From: Planctomycetota bacterium
Lineage (GTDB): Bacteria; Planctomycetota; Phycisphaerae; WQYP01
Assembly (NCBI GenBank): GCA_021831565.1
Contig: JAKBMM010000008.1
Location: forward strand, 11,964-75,963
Reading direction: 5' to 3'
DNA: 64,000 bases
In this document: positions 50,787-59,475 of the stretch, piece after piece
How the letters are laid out: each line of letters starts with the position of its first letter
Numbering within the stretch: the first letter of the stretch is position 1
Notes under the pieces: model-generated
The model's database searches: none
Told to the model about the DNA's origin: nothing
What the model saw: the letters and a program-made list of their open reading frames with translations, nothing else
Made by a program: the position numbers and the translations under genes

Positions 50787-51323
50787 TTAAGTTCCGGTAT
50801 CCGCCGGCGCTTCCGTCGGCAACGTCACTTGCGAAGTTGCGGCCGTTGCCGAGTTCGTGGAGGTTTCCGGTCCCACCGGGGCGGGTGGTTCCACGGGCAA
50901 CGTCGCTTTTGGAGTTGCGGTCGTCGCCAGGCTCACGGGAATTTCTTGAGCCGCCGGTGCATCCGCCGGGACGATCGGATCGCCTTCTTTCAAGCGTGTA
51001 GCTTTGCCGGTTCGCTCTCGCAGATAGTAAAGCTTCGCTCGCCGTACCTTGCTCTGTCGCTTCACTTCGAGCTTTTCAATTTTTGGAGAGTGGAGGGGAA
51101 AAATGCGCTCCACCCCCTCGTTATTGACAATTCGCCGCACGGTGAACGTGGCATTGAGGCCGGTTCCTCTTCGTGCAATCACGGTGCCCGAAAAAATCTG
51201 GATGCGCTCCTTCTCGCCTTCGACAATCCGGCAGTGTACGTCCACCAGGTCGCCTACTTGAAAAGACAGCGGGCTGGCTCGCAGATGTTTCGATTCGACA
51301 TGGGTCAGTAAGGTGTTTGGCAC
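50787..51323 (-). CDS. rplS: 50S ribosomal protein L19 with C-terminal extension
   Basis: FQVGDLV, EGEKERIQIFSG, FTVRRI, GVERIFP, KVRRAKLYYLR. Confidence 0.97.
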   Translation of the reverse strand: MPNTLLTHVESKHLRASPLSFQVGDLVDVHCRIVEGEKERIQIFSGTVIARRGTGLNATFTVRRIVNNEGVERIFPLHSPKIEKLEVKRQSKVRRAKLYYLRERTGKATRLKEGDPIVPADAPAAQEIPVSLATTATPKATLPVEPPAPVGPETSTNSATAATSQVTLPTEAPADTGT

Positions 51324-51325
51324 GG

Positions 51326-52075
51326 TTATGCTCCTGTTTTTTCTTTTTCGGCCGCAAAATTCATGGGGTTTGCGGCGGATCCGGCGAGCAGATCCGGACG
51401 GCGCCGGATGGTTTTCTCCCGCGACCGCTGCGCCCGCCAGGCGGCAATTGCCGGATGGTCGCCGGAAAGAAGAATTTCCGGGACGCTCTGTCCAAGAAAA
51501 CTTCGTGGCCGCGTGTACTGCGGATATTCCAATCCGCCCGCGATTGTCGGATCATCGGCGGTGAACGACTCTCCGCAATGGCTCTCCTGGTCGCCCAGAA
51601 CGCCCGGAATCAGGCGAATCACACCGTCCAGCACCACCATTGCCGGGATTTCTCCTCCGGAGAGCACATAATCACCAATGCTGATTTCCAGCGGTGTAAG
51701 TAATTCTCGGATTCGCTCGTCGAATCCTTCGTAGTGGCCCGCGATCAGCAACAGGCGCCGGCATCCACAAAGTTCCCTCGCCTGCAACTGCGTAAAGCGG
51801 GATCCTTGCGGGCAGAGCAGAATCCGCCTCGCCGGTCGCGGATCCATCTGTTCCACTTGTCTTACGGCATCCACCACCGGCTGGCACATCAGAACCATGC
51901 CGGGACCACCGCCGTAGGGTCTTTCATCAACCTTGCGGTGCGGGTCACGGGTATAGTCCCGCAGTTGATGCAGGTGATACTCCGCCAGCCCCTTCGCTGC
52001 CGCGCGTTTTAGAATGCTCGCCTGCAATACGCCCGCGAACATCTCCGGAAATAACGTTACAATGTCAACCCGCAT
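51326..52075 (-). CDS. trmD: tRNA (guanine37-N1)-methyltransferase
   Basis: TLFPEMF, PYGGGPGMV, GHYEGFDER, SIGDYVLSGGE, LEYPQYTRP. Confidence 0.97.
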   Translation of the reverse strand: MRVDIVTLFPEMFAGVLQASILKRAAAKGLAEYHLHQLRDYTRDPHRKVDERPYGGGPGMVLMCQPVVDAVRQVEQMDPRPARRILLCPQGSRFTQLQARELCGCRRLLLIAGHYEGFDERIRELLTPLEISIGDYVLSGGEIPAMVVLDGVIRLIPGVLGDQESHCGESFTADDPTIAGGLEYPQYTRPRSFLGQSVPEILLSGDHPAIAAWRAQRSREKTIRRRPDLLAGSAANPMNFAAEKEKTGA

Positions 52076-52364
52076 GTTCCGACGTCACTGGCGCGGCGGC
52101 GGGCGGTTGGACGACGGCGCTATCCACGGCGTGTCGCAGCAGGCCGGCCACCGTTGCACTCGGCTGGGCGCCGACTGTAAGCCAGTATTTCACGCGGGCC
52201 TTGTTCACGCGCACACGGTGGCTCGGATCCGTGGCTAACGGATCATAAAAACCCAACTCTTCGATGACCTTGCCGTCCCGCGGTGCACGGCTGTCCACCG
52301 CGTTAATCCGCCAGAAGGCCCGGTTCTTTCTGCCAAATCGTTTCAACCGAATCTTTACCGCCAC
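52065..52364 (-). CDS. rpsP: 30S ribosomal protein S16
   Basis: MAVKIRLKRFG, DSRAPRDG, LGFYDP, WLTVGAQPS. Confidence 0.97.
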   Translation of the reverse strand: MAVKIRLKRFGRKNRAFWRINAVDSRAPRDGKVIEELGFYDPLATDPSHRVRVNKARVKYWLTVGAQPSATVAGLLRHAVDSAVVQPPAAAPVTSEHAG

Positions 52365-52463
52365 GCCAACCCTCGTGTAAAAAACCCGTGAAAACTGAAA
52401 ACAACGGTTCCGTTCCGTTTTGAATCGCCCGCTTCTTCGCCAGGCGGTTACGCCTGCCTGACA

Positions 52464-52483
52464 ATTCCGATAGCCATCGGGAT
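52464..52483. repeat. short palindromic repeat, copy 7
   Basis: ATTCCGATAGCCATCGGGAT upstream of rpsP. Confidence 0.8.
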
Positions 52484-52594
52484 CGGGCGGATAGCCTTCG
52501 CCCGCGACAGCAAGGCCTTAAACCAAAATCCTACTGAGTTTCTCTGCGACTTGCAAATCCCCTGGGTTTGGGTCGATCGCGGGGGCGCCGGGGA

Positions 52595-52720
52595 TGACAA
52601 TTTTTCGGGGGCGCCTCAGAGCGCGGACGTCCCCGTCCGCATGGGTCAGATGGTGCGGAAACCGCGATCCGGCCGAATACCGTCCAATAGCGGAGATTGT
52701 ACCACCCCGAAAAATTGTCA
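52595..52720. mobile_element. 126-bp MITE-like element with perfect 16-bp terminal inverted repeats
   Basis: TGACAATTTTTCGGGG (52595-52610) and CCCCGAAAAATTGTCA (52705-52720); internal hairpin GCGGACG-TCCC-CGTCCGC (52623-52640); no clear target-site duplication. Confidence 0.5.
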
Positions 52721-52770
52721 CACATTCGATCACCGATCGCAGGGGGGGGAAGAAAAAAAATCTCGGCGAC

Positions 52771-52801
52771 TTGAAGCATCACCCGTCCATGATGTTATAA
52801 T
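52771..52801 (+). promoter_or_regulatory. extended -10 promoter for the ftsL-ftsI-murE-murF-mraY block
   Basis: TGtTATAAT (52793-52801), TTGAAG ending 19 bp before the hexamer, A-tract at ~52750-52760. Confidence 0.55.
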
Positions 52802-52890
52802 GCTTCTACCGATTCCGCCGCCGGACGGGAAGATGGCTCAACAAGGATGTGCGTCGCGGCGGAATCCGCCGGCATGGATGGCGACAGATC

Positions 52891-53229
52891 ATGTACAAAA
52901 TGCTCGCCTGTCTGGTGGCCTTTCTTCTGATGACAACGGTGCTTCTGGGCTTGCGGCGCACGCGGCTTTCTCTGACCAGCCAATCCGCGCATCTGTTTGA
53001 GCAGATCATTCAGCGGCGGCATATCATTTGGGACCTGCAAACGCGCATTGCCGCAAGTACCAATCCGATTGTACTGGCAAAGGAATTGAAAAAAGAAAAA
53101 AAGTCCCAGCCGGCACCGCTGGGTCCACCCAATACGGACCGGGCGAAAATAGCGTCTCAGGCGTCCACGAGCGGCCTGCCCAGTGTGGTTCCCGCGTCGG
53201 CGCGCTGGGGTGACGCCGCGGGACAATAA
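52891..53229 (+). CDS. FtsL-like small bitopic coiled-coil protein
   Basis: TM helix then heptad coil (LRRTRLSLTSQSAHLFEQI...WDLQTRIAASTNP); directly upstream of a class B PBP, the position ftsL normally holds. Confidence 0.6.
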   Translation: MYKMLACLVAFLLMTTVLLGLRRTRLSLTSQSAHLFEQIIQRRHIIWDLQTRIAASTNPIVLAKELKKEKKSQPAPLGPPNTDRAKIASQASTSGLPSVVPASARWGDAAGQ

Positions 53230-53284
53230 AAATCTACATGCGTCGCGCTGGCATGAGTGTAACAGTCGACGAAAGGCCGATGGT

Positions 53285-55228
53285 ATGGCGGAAGCTCACG
53301 GAAGAAAGACCATGGCGCCCATCCAACGCGCCCAAAGCCTCTCCACACTGGTATTGTTGGCCAGCGTGGTGCTGCTGGTGGCGCTGCTGGGACGGGTCTT
53401 CTGGCTCCAGACGCACGTCACGCGCAGCGATATCCGTAATCTTCGCTCCCAGCACGATGTGCGCGCCAGACTCATGGCGCGCCGTGCCTCCATTTATACC
53501 GGCGATTCAACCCTGATCGCCGGTTCTGTCCGCGTTTACAACATGTTTGCGGATCCGGGTTTGATTTTTGATCCCCATGGAAAGCTCAATGCTCTTTCCG
53601 GTCCTTCGCTGATCGCGGCGCGGCGAATAATGGCCAAAGCCGTGGGAAAACTGCTTCACATGGATCCGTCATCCCTTCTCGCTTGGCTTCGCTCGCGCCT
53701 GTATTACCCGAATGGCCGCCTTCGCCGCTTTCTATGGCTCAAGCGCGGCGCGAATCACGCCTTCTACGCACGGTTCGAAAAAATCCGCCATCATCTGCTC
53801 CTCCAGGCGCGCCGTCAGAGCAGAGCGCGGCAATTCGTTCGCGCCGGTGAATACTTTCACGCCCTCGACGGCGTTGGTTTCCTGCGTTCCACGCGCCGCG
53901 TTTATCCACTCGGTCATTTTGCCGGACAGGTCATAGGCTTTGCCAATTCGCACCGGGGGTTGGAGGGCATCGAAGAGCAGCTCAATGCCCTGCTGGCGGG
54001 TCGCAACGGGCAGGTGATTTATGTGAAAGACGCCGCCGAACGGGCGCTGTGGATCAACCGGCGTGGCTACCGGCTGCCCGACAACGGCATGAAGGTCTGG
54101 CTGACCCTGAACAGCACGATCCAAGGCATCGCCCAGATGCAACTGGACAAGGCCTGTCGCAAATTTCAGGCGCGCAGCGGCGTGGCCGTTGTGATGAATC
54201 CGTACAATGGCGACATTCTGGCGATGGCCAATTATCCGACTCTGAATCCCAACGACTATCAAAAAACGCCGCCGCAGTTCTGGCGCAACCGCGCGGTCAC
54301 GGACCCGTATGAGTGCGGCTCCGCATTTAAGCCGTTCAATCTTGCCTGGGCCTTGAAAAAACACGTGATCACGCTTTCGGAGAAGTTTTACTGTTACCAT
54401 GGTCGCTACCGCGATCCCACCGGCCGACTCATTAAGGATGTCGGCGGCTGGGGATTTCTCTCCGTGGAAAATATTCTGGTGCATTCCAGCAACATTGGTA
54501 TGACGCAAATCGGCTGGAAAATGGGAATACGCCGACTTTACGACGCCGTGACGACTTTCGGTTTCGGTCGGATGACTGGCTGCCTCCTCCCCGGCGAATC
54601 GCCGGGAATTGTCCGGCCGCTGCATCAATGGACCAAGGGCACATTAACCTCGGCCAGCTTTGGCTATGGCGTGGCCGTCACGCCACTGCAACTCGCCCGG
54701 GCATTTTGTACGTTTGCCAATGGAGGCTGGCTGATCACGCCGCAGATTGTCAAGGCCGTCGAAACGCGAACCGGAAAACTGGAAACCTGGTCGCAAATCG
54801 CCGGACCGCCGCGGGCGCGGAAAATACTGCCGCGCCGTGTATGTACCGAGTTGATTGGCGCGATGGAACAGGTGATGGTGCGTGGAACCGGGCAATACGC
54901 GATTTCGCCGGTGTATCGGCTCTACGGCAAGACGGGTACCGCCAACCTGGCTCTCGCCGGTCAGGATGGTTATCACTCCCATCAATACAACGCCACATTT
55001 ATCGCCGGCGGCCCGACGCCCGCGCCGCGATTGATATGCGTCGTCGCCGTGCATAAGCCGAATCCGCACCTGGGCCATTACGGCGGAACGGTGGCTGGCC
55101 CGGCTTGCTCGCGAATTCTAACGGACTCTTTGGAATATCTTCAGGTTCCGCCCGACCAGGGGCCGGCGACCGATCCCTGGTGGGGTAAGGAGTCGCTGCT
55201 CAAGAAGCTTAAGGGGCTAAGTCATTGA
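53285..55228 (+). CDS. ftsI: class B penicillin-binding protein (FtsI/PBP3-like)
   Basis: TM anchor, RRASI, RVYPLG, GLEGIE, SxxK (GSAFK), SxN (SSN), KTGT; precedes murE; start 53285 or 53312. Confidence 0.88.
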   Translation: MAEAHGRKTMAPIQRAQSLSTLVLLASVVLLVALLGRVFWLQTHVTRSDIRNLRSQHDVRARLMARRASIYTGDSTLIAGSVRVYNMFADPGLIFDPHGKLNALSGPSLIAARRIMAKAVGKLLHMDPSSLLAWLRSRLYYPNGRLRRFLWLKRGANHAFYARFEKIRHHLLLQARRQSRARQFVRAGEYFHALDGVGFLRSTRRVYPLGHFAGQVIGFANSHRGLEGIEEQLNALLAGRNGQVIYVKDAAERALWINRRGYRLPDNGMKVWLTLNSTIQGIAQMQLDKACRKFQARSGVAVVMNPYNGDILAMANYPTLNPNDYQKTPPQFWRNRAVTDPYECGSAFKPFNLAWALKKHVITLSEKFYCYHGRYRDPTGRLIKDVGGWGFLSVENILVHSSNIGMTQIGWKMGIRRLYDAVTTFGFGRMTGCLLPGESPGIVRPLHQWTKGTLTSASFGYGVAVTPLQLARAFCTFANGGWLITPQIVKAVETRTGKLETWSQIAGPPRARKILPRRVCTELIGAMEQVMVRGTGQYAISPVYRLYGKTGTANLALAGQDGYHSHQYNATFIAGGPTPAPRLICVVAVHKPNPHLGHYGGTVAGPACSRILTDSLEYLQVPPDQGPATDPWWGKESLLKKLKGLSH

Positions 55229-56742
55229 AGTTGCGTGAACTCATCCGCGATATTCCCGTGCCTATCCGGGTGGCCGGCGACCTGGATACCGATATCCGCC
55301 GCGTGGTGGAGGATTCACGCCAGGTGCGGGCCGGCGATTTGTTCGTGGCTCGTCCGGGCGTGCGGTCTTCGGGAGAGCGGTTCATTCAGGAAGCCCTCGC
55401 CCGCGGCGCCGTCGCCGTACTAAGCGATTCTTCCTCATCGGTTTTCCCGGTCAGCGCGAACCGGCCAGTCGCCTTTCTCCAGACCAGCCGGCCCGCGACC
55501 GCACTGGGGTGGTTGGCCCAGCGGATATACTCGGACCCGGCCCGCGATCTGCGCCTTTTCGCCGTTACGGGTACGAACGGCAAAACCACCACTGCCTATC
55601 TGGTCCGGGAAATTTTGCGAGCCGCCGGGTTCAACTGCGGCTTGATCGGAACTGTACAAACGGATGATGGCCGAACGGTTCTCGAAAGCGCCATGACTAC
55701 ACCCGGCCCCGTGGAGTTGGCCGATCTGCTGGCGCGGATGCGCCGCAATGGCGCCACGGCCGCGGTGCTGGAAGCCAGCAGCCACGCCCTGGCACAGGAA
55801 CGTCTGGTTGGTATAAATATACATGTAGCCATGTTTACTAATCTTACCGGCGATCATCTGGATTACCACGCCACCATGGACAACTACGCCGCCGCCAAAG
55901 CGCGCTTGTTCGACGCGCTCTCGCCGGATGGTTTTGCCGTCGTCAACGCCGATGATCCTTGGTCGCGGCGAATGCTGCAAAACACCGCGGCGAAAGCGGT
56001 CTCTTATGCGCTGCGCTCCCCCGCTGATTTTTCCGCCATGATAGGCCGTTGCGACGCGGCCGGCATGGATATGCTGGTGCACGGACCTTCCGGCTTGCAA
56101 TGGAACGTGTCCAGCGTGCTGGTGGGGCGGCATAATGCCCAAAACATTCTTTGCGCGGCGGTGGCGGCCTGGTGTGGCGGCATCGCACCGGAATACATTT
56201 TGCGCGGTGTGCGGAACTTGTCCTGCGTTCCCGGCCGGCTCGAGCCGGTCATGGCGCCGGGCGTGCGCTGGTCGCAAATGCCCTTCCATGCGCTGGTGGA
56301 TTACGCCCACACGCATGATGCGTTGGAAAATGTGCTCCAGGCCGTGCGCCCCTGGACACAGGGCCGGATCATCTGCGTTTTCGGCTGCGGCGGCGATCGC
56401 GACTCCAGCAAGCGCCCGAAAATGGCCGCCGTGGCGGAGCGGCTGAGTGACCTGGTGATCGTCACCAGCGATAATCCCCGCAACGAGTCGCCGGACGCTA
56501 TTATCCAGATGATCCTCGCCGGCTTTTCCTCCGCCATGGGCGAGCGCTTGCGCGTGTGTTCTGATCGCGCCGCGGCCATTGATCTGGCCATAGCGCTGGC
56601 CCAGCCGGGAGATATGGTTTTGATCGCCGGTAAAGGACATGAAAAATATCAGATTATCGGAGCCCAGCGGAGCTATTTCGATGACGTCGAACAGGCCGGC
56701 CGGGCTTTGGCGGCGCGATTCGGAATTCGGGCGGCGGGATAA
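55225..56742 (+). CDS. murE: UDP-MurNAc-L-Ala-D-Glu--meso-diaminopimelate ligase
   Basis: VTGTNGKTT, TTPG, EASSHAL, NLTGDHLDYH, DYAHT, GCGGDRD, DNPR (meso-DAP-type motif), AGKGHE. Confidence 0.96.
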   Translation: MKLRELIRDIPVPIRVAGDLDTDIRRVVEDSRQVRAGDLFVARPGVRSSGERFIQEALARGAVAVLSDSSSSVFPVSANRPVAFLQTSRPATALGWLAQRIYSDPARDLRLFAVTGTNGKTTTAYLVREILRAAGFNCGLIGTVQTDDGRTVLESAMTTPGPVELADLLARMRRNGATAAVLEASSHALAQERLVGINIHVAMFTNLTGDHLDYHATMDNYAAAKARLFDALSPDGFAVVNADDPWSRRMLQNTAAKAVSYALRSPADFSAMIGRCDAAGMDMLVHGPSGLQWNVSSVLVGRHNAQNILCAAVAAWCGGIAPEYILRGVRNLSCVPGRLEPVMAPGVRWSQMPFHALVDYAHTHDALENVLQAVRPWTQGRIICVFGCGGDRDSSKRPKMAAVAERLSDLVIVTSDNPRNESPDAIIQMILAGFSSAMGERLRVCSDRAAAIDLAIALAQPGDMVLIAGKGHEKYQIIGAQRSYFDDVEQAGRALAARFGIRAAG

Positions 56743-56755
56743 GGACACTTTAGCC

Positions 56756-58231
56756 GTGGAACCATGGACTTTTGAGCAGATTCGCCGGGTTACATTGAGT
56801 CGCCGGCTTAACCGCGGCGAACTCGAATTTCGCGGGCGAATTTGCATCGACAGCCGGCAGGTGATGGAAGGCGATCTATTTATCGCCATCCGCGGACGCA
56901 AGCACGACGCTCACCGATTCATCAGGCAGGTTGTGGCCGGCGGCGCGGCGGGCCTTCTAGTGGATCGCCCCCTTGATCCGGACGTGACCCGCCTGGTTAC
57001 GCGGTCTTCTGTGACTCTGCTGCATGCTGACGATACGATCGGCGCCATGAACCGCCTGGCCGCCGCTTATCGCCGCGATATTCGCGCCAAGGTCATCGCC
57101 GTCGGCGGATCCAATGGAAAAACCACCACCAAGCAGATTATCTATACCCTGCTTGCACGCCGCTTTGCGGGTATCGCCAGTCCCAAAAGCTTCAATAACA
57201 ATATCGGGTTGCCCTTGGCGATTCTAAGCGTTCAAGCCCGGTACGAATATGTCGTCCTGGAGGTGGGAACCAGCGCGCCGGGGGAAATTGCGGCCTTGGG
57301 ACACGTGGCTATGCCCGATATGGCGGTGATTACGGGTATCGGCCTGGAACACATGGAATTTCTGGGTGGCTTACCGGAAATCGCCCGTGAAGAGGCCGCC
57401 TTGGCCCGATTTATTCGCCCCGGCGGAATACTGATTCTCACAAATCTCTCCCCGGAATTGCTTGCGGCCCTGCGACTGTTGCGTACGCCGCGCCTCACGG
57501 TGGGGCCGGCGGGGACCGGCGCGGATCTGGAGGCAACGTCCATCATCGAAAATATGGATGGTTGTCGGTTCGTGATCAACGGCCGCACCAGCTACCATCT
57601 GCCATTGCTTGGCCGCCACAATGTCTTCAATACGCTTCTGGCCATTGCCGTCGCCCGGCGAATGGGCCTGAGTGAAGAGGAAATTGCCGCGGGGCTGCTT
57701 ACCGTCAAGCCTTCTCCTATGCGCCTGGAAATTCAACAGGTTCAGCGGCACTTTGTACTCAACGATGCCTACAACGCCAATCCGGCCAGCATGTGCGCCG
57801 CTCTGGAAACATTTGCTGGAATCTATCCGCCCGCAGCCGTCGGCCGGTCGGTTCGCCGCGTGGCGATCCTGGGCGACATGTTGGAACTGGGTGGCCAGAG
57901 CGATTTTCTGCATCGCCAGGTCGGCCGGCAGGTGGCGGCCCATCGCATCGACTTTTTCATCGCCATCGGCCCGTCCATGAAATGCGCCGCGGACGAAGCG
58001 GCGGCGGCAGGCGTGCCGGTTCACCATTTCCCGGATACCCCGACGGCGGCAGAGCGAATTGCCCCGCTTCTCCTGCCGTTTGATGCTATTTTGCTCAAGG
58101 CTTCCCGCGGTATGCGGTTGGAATTGATTCTGGACGCCCTGCGCGGCGGGGGGGAATCTTCTCGTCCAGCCGGCGCGGTGGTTGGGGCGCAGGAACCTCG
58201 TGAGATCTTCGGACTGGAAAGGATCGTTTAA
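56756..58231 (+). CDS. murF: UDP-MurNAc-tripeptide--D-alanyl-D-alanine ligase
   Basis: IDSR, GSNGKTTTK, SFNNNIGLP, NDAYNANPAS, LGDMLELG, LKASRG; GTG start 56756. Confidence 0.95.
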   Translation: MEPWTFEQIRRVTLSRRLNRGELEFRGRICIDSRQVMEGDLFIAIRGRKHDAHRFIRQVVAGGAAGLLVDRPLDPDVTRLVTRSSVTLLHADDTIGAMNRLAAAYRRDIRAKVIAVGGSNGKTTTKQIIYTLLARRFAGIASPKSFNNNIGLPLAILSVQARYEYVVLEVGTSAPGEIAALGHVAMPDMAVITGIGLEHMEFLGGLPEIAREEAALARFIRPGGILILTNLSPELLAALRLLRTPRLTVGPAGTGADLEATSIIENMDGCRFVINGRTSYHLPLLGRHNVFNTLLAIAVARRMGLSEEEIAAGLLTVKPSPMRLEIQQVQRHFVLNDAYNANPASMCAALETFAGIYPPAAVGRSVRRVAILGDMLELGGQSDFLHRQVGRQVAAHRIDFFIAIGPSMKCAADEAAAAGVPVHHFPDTPTAAERIAPLLLPFDAILLKASRGMRLELILDALRGGGESSRPAGAVVGAQEPREIFGLERIV

Positions 58232-58233
58232 CC

Positions 58234-59349
58234 TTGCTTTACTTTCTGTACACATGGCTGGCGACACACCATTGGGTGGAGCAGGATCTTCCTTTCAAAC
58301 TGGTCATTTTTCGCTCGGTATTAGCCATTATTTTCAGTTTTCTTGTGGTATTGCTCTCCGGTGGCCCCGTGATTCGCTGGCTGCTGAAGATGAAACTTAA
58401 CGGTCGGCCGGAGTTTCACAACGCCACTCTCAACGCCATGACAAAAGACAAGGCCAACACGCCAACCATGGGCGGGCTGCTGATTTCTGGTGCGATCTTT
58501 CTTACCACGCTGCTCTTCGCCCGCATCGACAACTTTTATGTCATCATGGGCTTGGGATGCCTGGTTTGGCTGGCGGTGCTTGGCGGTGTCGACGACTGGC
58601 TCAAACTTACCGCCGCGCGGCGGAATCCCGGCAGCCGCGACGGTCTTTACTGGTGGGAAAAGATCGTCTTCCAAATCGGTCTGGGAATGTTGATGGCCCT
58701 GTTCATCTATTACCACGGCAAATACAACCAGGCACATTATCTAAACTGGCCCCTGCTGCCGCGTAATATCGTTCTGCCTACTTACCTTTTTGCGATTATC
58801 ACGGTCGTCGTCATCACGGGCAGCAGCAATGCCGTCAACCTTACAGACGGTATGGATGGCTTGGCCAGCGGGTGTGTGGCAATTGTGGCTTTTGCCTTCA
58901 TGGCGCTGGCGTATGTCACCGGCGACGCTCGCTGGGCCGCCAATCTCCACTTCAACCATATCCGCTTCTCCGGAGAATTAGCGGTTCTTTGCGGCGCCAT
59001 GGGAGGAGCCTGTCTGGGGTTTCTCTGGTTCAACTGCAATCCCGCCCAGGTTTTCATGGGCGACACCGGGTCCCTGGCGCTCGGTGGTGTGATCGGTTAT
59101 GTCGCCATCGTAATTCGCCAGGAACCGATGTTGTTCATGGTGGGCGGAGTTTTCGTAATCGAAGCTCTGAGCGTCATCATTCAAACCAGTTATTTTAAGG
59201 CTACGGGAGGAAAAAGAGTATTTCTATGCAGTCCGATTCATCATCATTTTCATCTCAAGGGGTGGAGCGAATCGCAGATCGTTGTGCGGTTCTGGTTGCT
59301 TTCGGCGTTGTTCGCCGCATTGGCCCTGGCAACCGTTAAACTTCGCTAA
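58234..59349 (+). CDS. mraY: phospho-N-acetylmuramoyl-pentapeptide transferase
   Basis: TPTMGG, DDWLK, NAVNLTDGMDGL, FMGDTGS, PIHHHF. Confidence 0.97.
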   Translation: MLYFLYTWLATHHWVEQDLPFKLVIFRSVLAIIFSFLVVLLSGGPVIRWLLKMKLNGRPEFHNATLNAMTKDKANTPTMGGLLISGAIFLTTLLFARIDNFYVIMGLGCLVWLAVLGGVDDWLKLTAARRNPGSRDGLYWWEKIVFQIGLGMLMALFIYYHGKYNQAHYLNWPLLPRNIVLPTYLFAIITVVVITGSSNAVNLTDGMDGLASGCVAIVAFAFMALAYVTGDARWAANLHFNHIRFSGELAVLCGAMGGACLGFLWFNCNPAQVFMGDTGSLALGGVIGYVAIVIRQEPMLFMVGGVFVIEALSVIIQTSYFKATGGKRVFLCSPIHHHFHLKGWSESQIVVRFWLLSALFAALALATVKLR

Positions 59350-59350
59350 G

Positions 59351-59386
59351 GGGCCGTCAAGAAATAAGGTTATTTCTTGACGGCCC
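59351..59386. repeat. perfect 17-bp-arm palindrome flanked by TAAG direct repeats
   Basis: TAAG-GGGCCGTCAAGAAATAA-GG-TTATTTCTTGACGGCCC-TAAG; the left TAAG includes the mraY stop. Confidence 0.85.
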
Positions 59387-59475
59387 TAAGTCCGCCTTGC
59401 CGTGACACTCCGCCAGGTGCCCCGGCGGACGGTACAGGGTATAAGATTGGTTGAGCTATTTTAGAAGGAGCGCTG

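Noticed and set aside
17686..52483. CRISPR array explanation for the palindromic repeats
   Set aside because: Copies are dispersed over 35 kb with no regular spacers and no cas genes
52365..52890. SRP RNA or tRNA upstream of rpsP
   Set aside because: No SRP helix-8 motif or tRNA cloverleaf/T-loop found by eye
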